From Tubiluchus corallicola (Eukaryota > Animalia > Priapulida): a stretch of 64,000 nucleotides of DNA. Shown here piece after piece: positions 63,116 to 64,000 of this stretch. The DNA is taken from positions 29,470-93,469 of the forward strand of contig JAQGDQ010002373.1 of the NCBI GenBank assembly GCA_030141605.1. The letters are read 5' to 3'. Below the pieces are notes generated by a model. The model was not told where the DNA came from, ran no database searches, and was given only the letters and a program-made list of their open reading frames with translations. The translations under genes were made by a program, and so were the position numbers. The stretch's first letter is position 1, and every line of letters begins with the position of its first letter.

Positions 63116-63671
63116 AGTTTCTACAAATACTGCAGATGATCTGGACCACTGAAAATTATTACTATGATTTTGCGATTATTCGTTTTCGTACTGCTTGCTA
63201 AAGTTTGCAAGAATTTTGTTTTTGTAGTTAAACGTAAACGTCATGTAGCACAGAATGGAAAATTTTAATTACCGAATGTTAGAATAACTTGAAACTTGTA
63301 ACTCAAAACTTAAAATTTAGCTTCCACTGCTATGTGTATTGATGGTTATATGGAAAATTAAGTAGTTTAGTAGAACTAGTTACACTGTTGATTTTGACTA
63401 GATTAATAGATTTTGTTGATATGTTTTGTTAAAACTTATCAAAGAGGGGGGAAATGTTCGGAAGATTTCTCTCTGCTTGGCCTTTAATCTAAAGTTGTAC
63501 TTATTTAGAATTGCCTGTAAAACTTGGCTTCGTTATATGCATTTAGTAGGTCAACCAATCAGAATTGAGGCAGTTTTTTTAGTCTACTCATTGGAAGCGA
63601 AGAAATCGCCACGTATTTGATTTGTTCTGTAATATTGAATTTAAAATAAAAGTTTTTGGGATTTACTTCAA

Positions 63672-63715
<44 letters not shown>

Positions 63716-63764
63716 TATATACTAGTAGAATTAATATATACGATAGTGTGTGCTTATTTTGCAG

Positions 63765-63930
63765 AACACCTGATCACACAAAATTTATAGGAAGCTTCAG
63801 GAACAAGCAAGATTTCATTGATGTCGTGGAAGTGATTTATCGTGGTGCCATGAAAGGAAAAGTGAAAGTGGAGAGTCCACTGGATCCTAACAGCATACCC
63901 AAATACGAGTTACTATACATGGAGTACTGA
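63765..63930 (+). CDS. TXNL4B: TXNL4B coding exon 3
   Basis: [32 protein letters not shown]...IPKYELLY; AATAAA overlaps the stop; three exons total 459 nt = 152 aa plus stop. Confidence 0.95.
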
Positions 63931-64000
63931 ATAAAAGAACCCTTAGGTACACAACCACTCATAACTGTGATGGAAGATTGCTGCAATAGACTGACGGTGT

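Larger units (their letters stand above)
57039..63675 (+). mobile_element. Full-length BEL/Pao LTR retrotransposon
   Basis: LTRs 57039-57258 and 63455-63675 (TG..CA, near identical); primer site TGGTAGCAGAG at 57261; polypurine tract AAAGAGGGGGGAAA at 63441-63454; inserted in (TA)n. Confidence 0.97.
56714..63743 (-). mobile_element. Non-autonomous Helitron, copy B (internally deleted, interrupted by the BEL element)
   Basis: 56714-57010 homologous to ~55957-56270; shared end AGTAGAATTAATATATACGA at 63724-63743. Confidence 0.7.

Overview
AT-rich, repeat-dense animal genomic DNA with GT-AG introns, probably from an invertebrate. Four host genes can be assembled by hand: an intronless BTG1/2-type gene (25071-25550, minus); a 6-exon HRI/EIF2AK1-like eIF2-alpha kinase (33570-43039, plus, 823 aa); a 3-exon CYB561D2-like cytochrome b561 (47432-51285, minus, 201 aa); and a 3-exon TXNL4B/Dim2 (54644-63930, plus, 152 aa). 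The first ~24 kb has no recognisable host gene. Mobile DNA includes five copies of a 5S-rRNA-headed SINE, at least six hAT-type MITE families with 8-bp TSDs, two solo LTRs, CR1/L2-group and RTE fragments, a bipartite RTE element, and a head-to-tail Helitron pair carrying a near-intact BEL/Pao element inside the last TXNL4B intron. The most unusual structure is a ~1.8-kb array of 124-bp units in HRI intron 5. It repeats the 3' splice site and the start of the terminal kinase exon about 14 times, and each clean unit can be read as a frame-preserving 51-nt microexon plus a 73-nt GT-AG intron. All family assignments come from recalled motifs; no database search was run.
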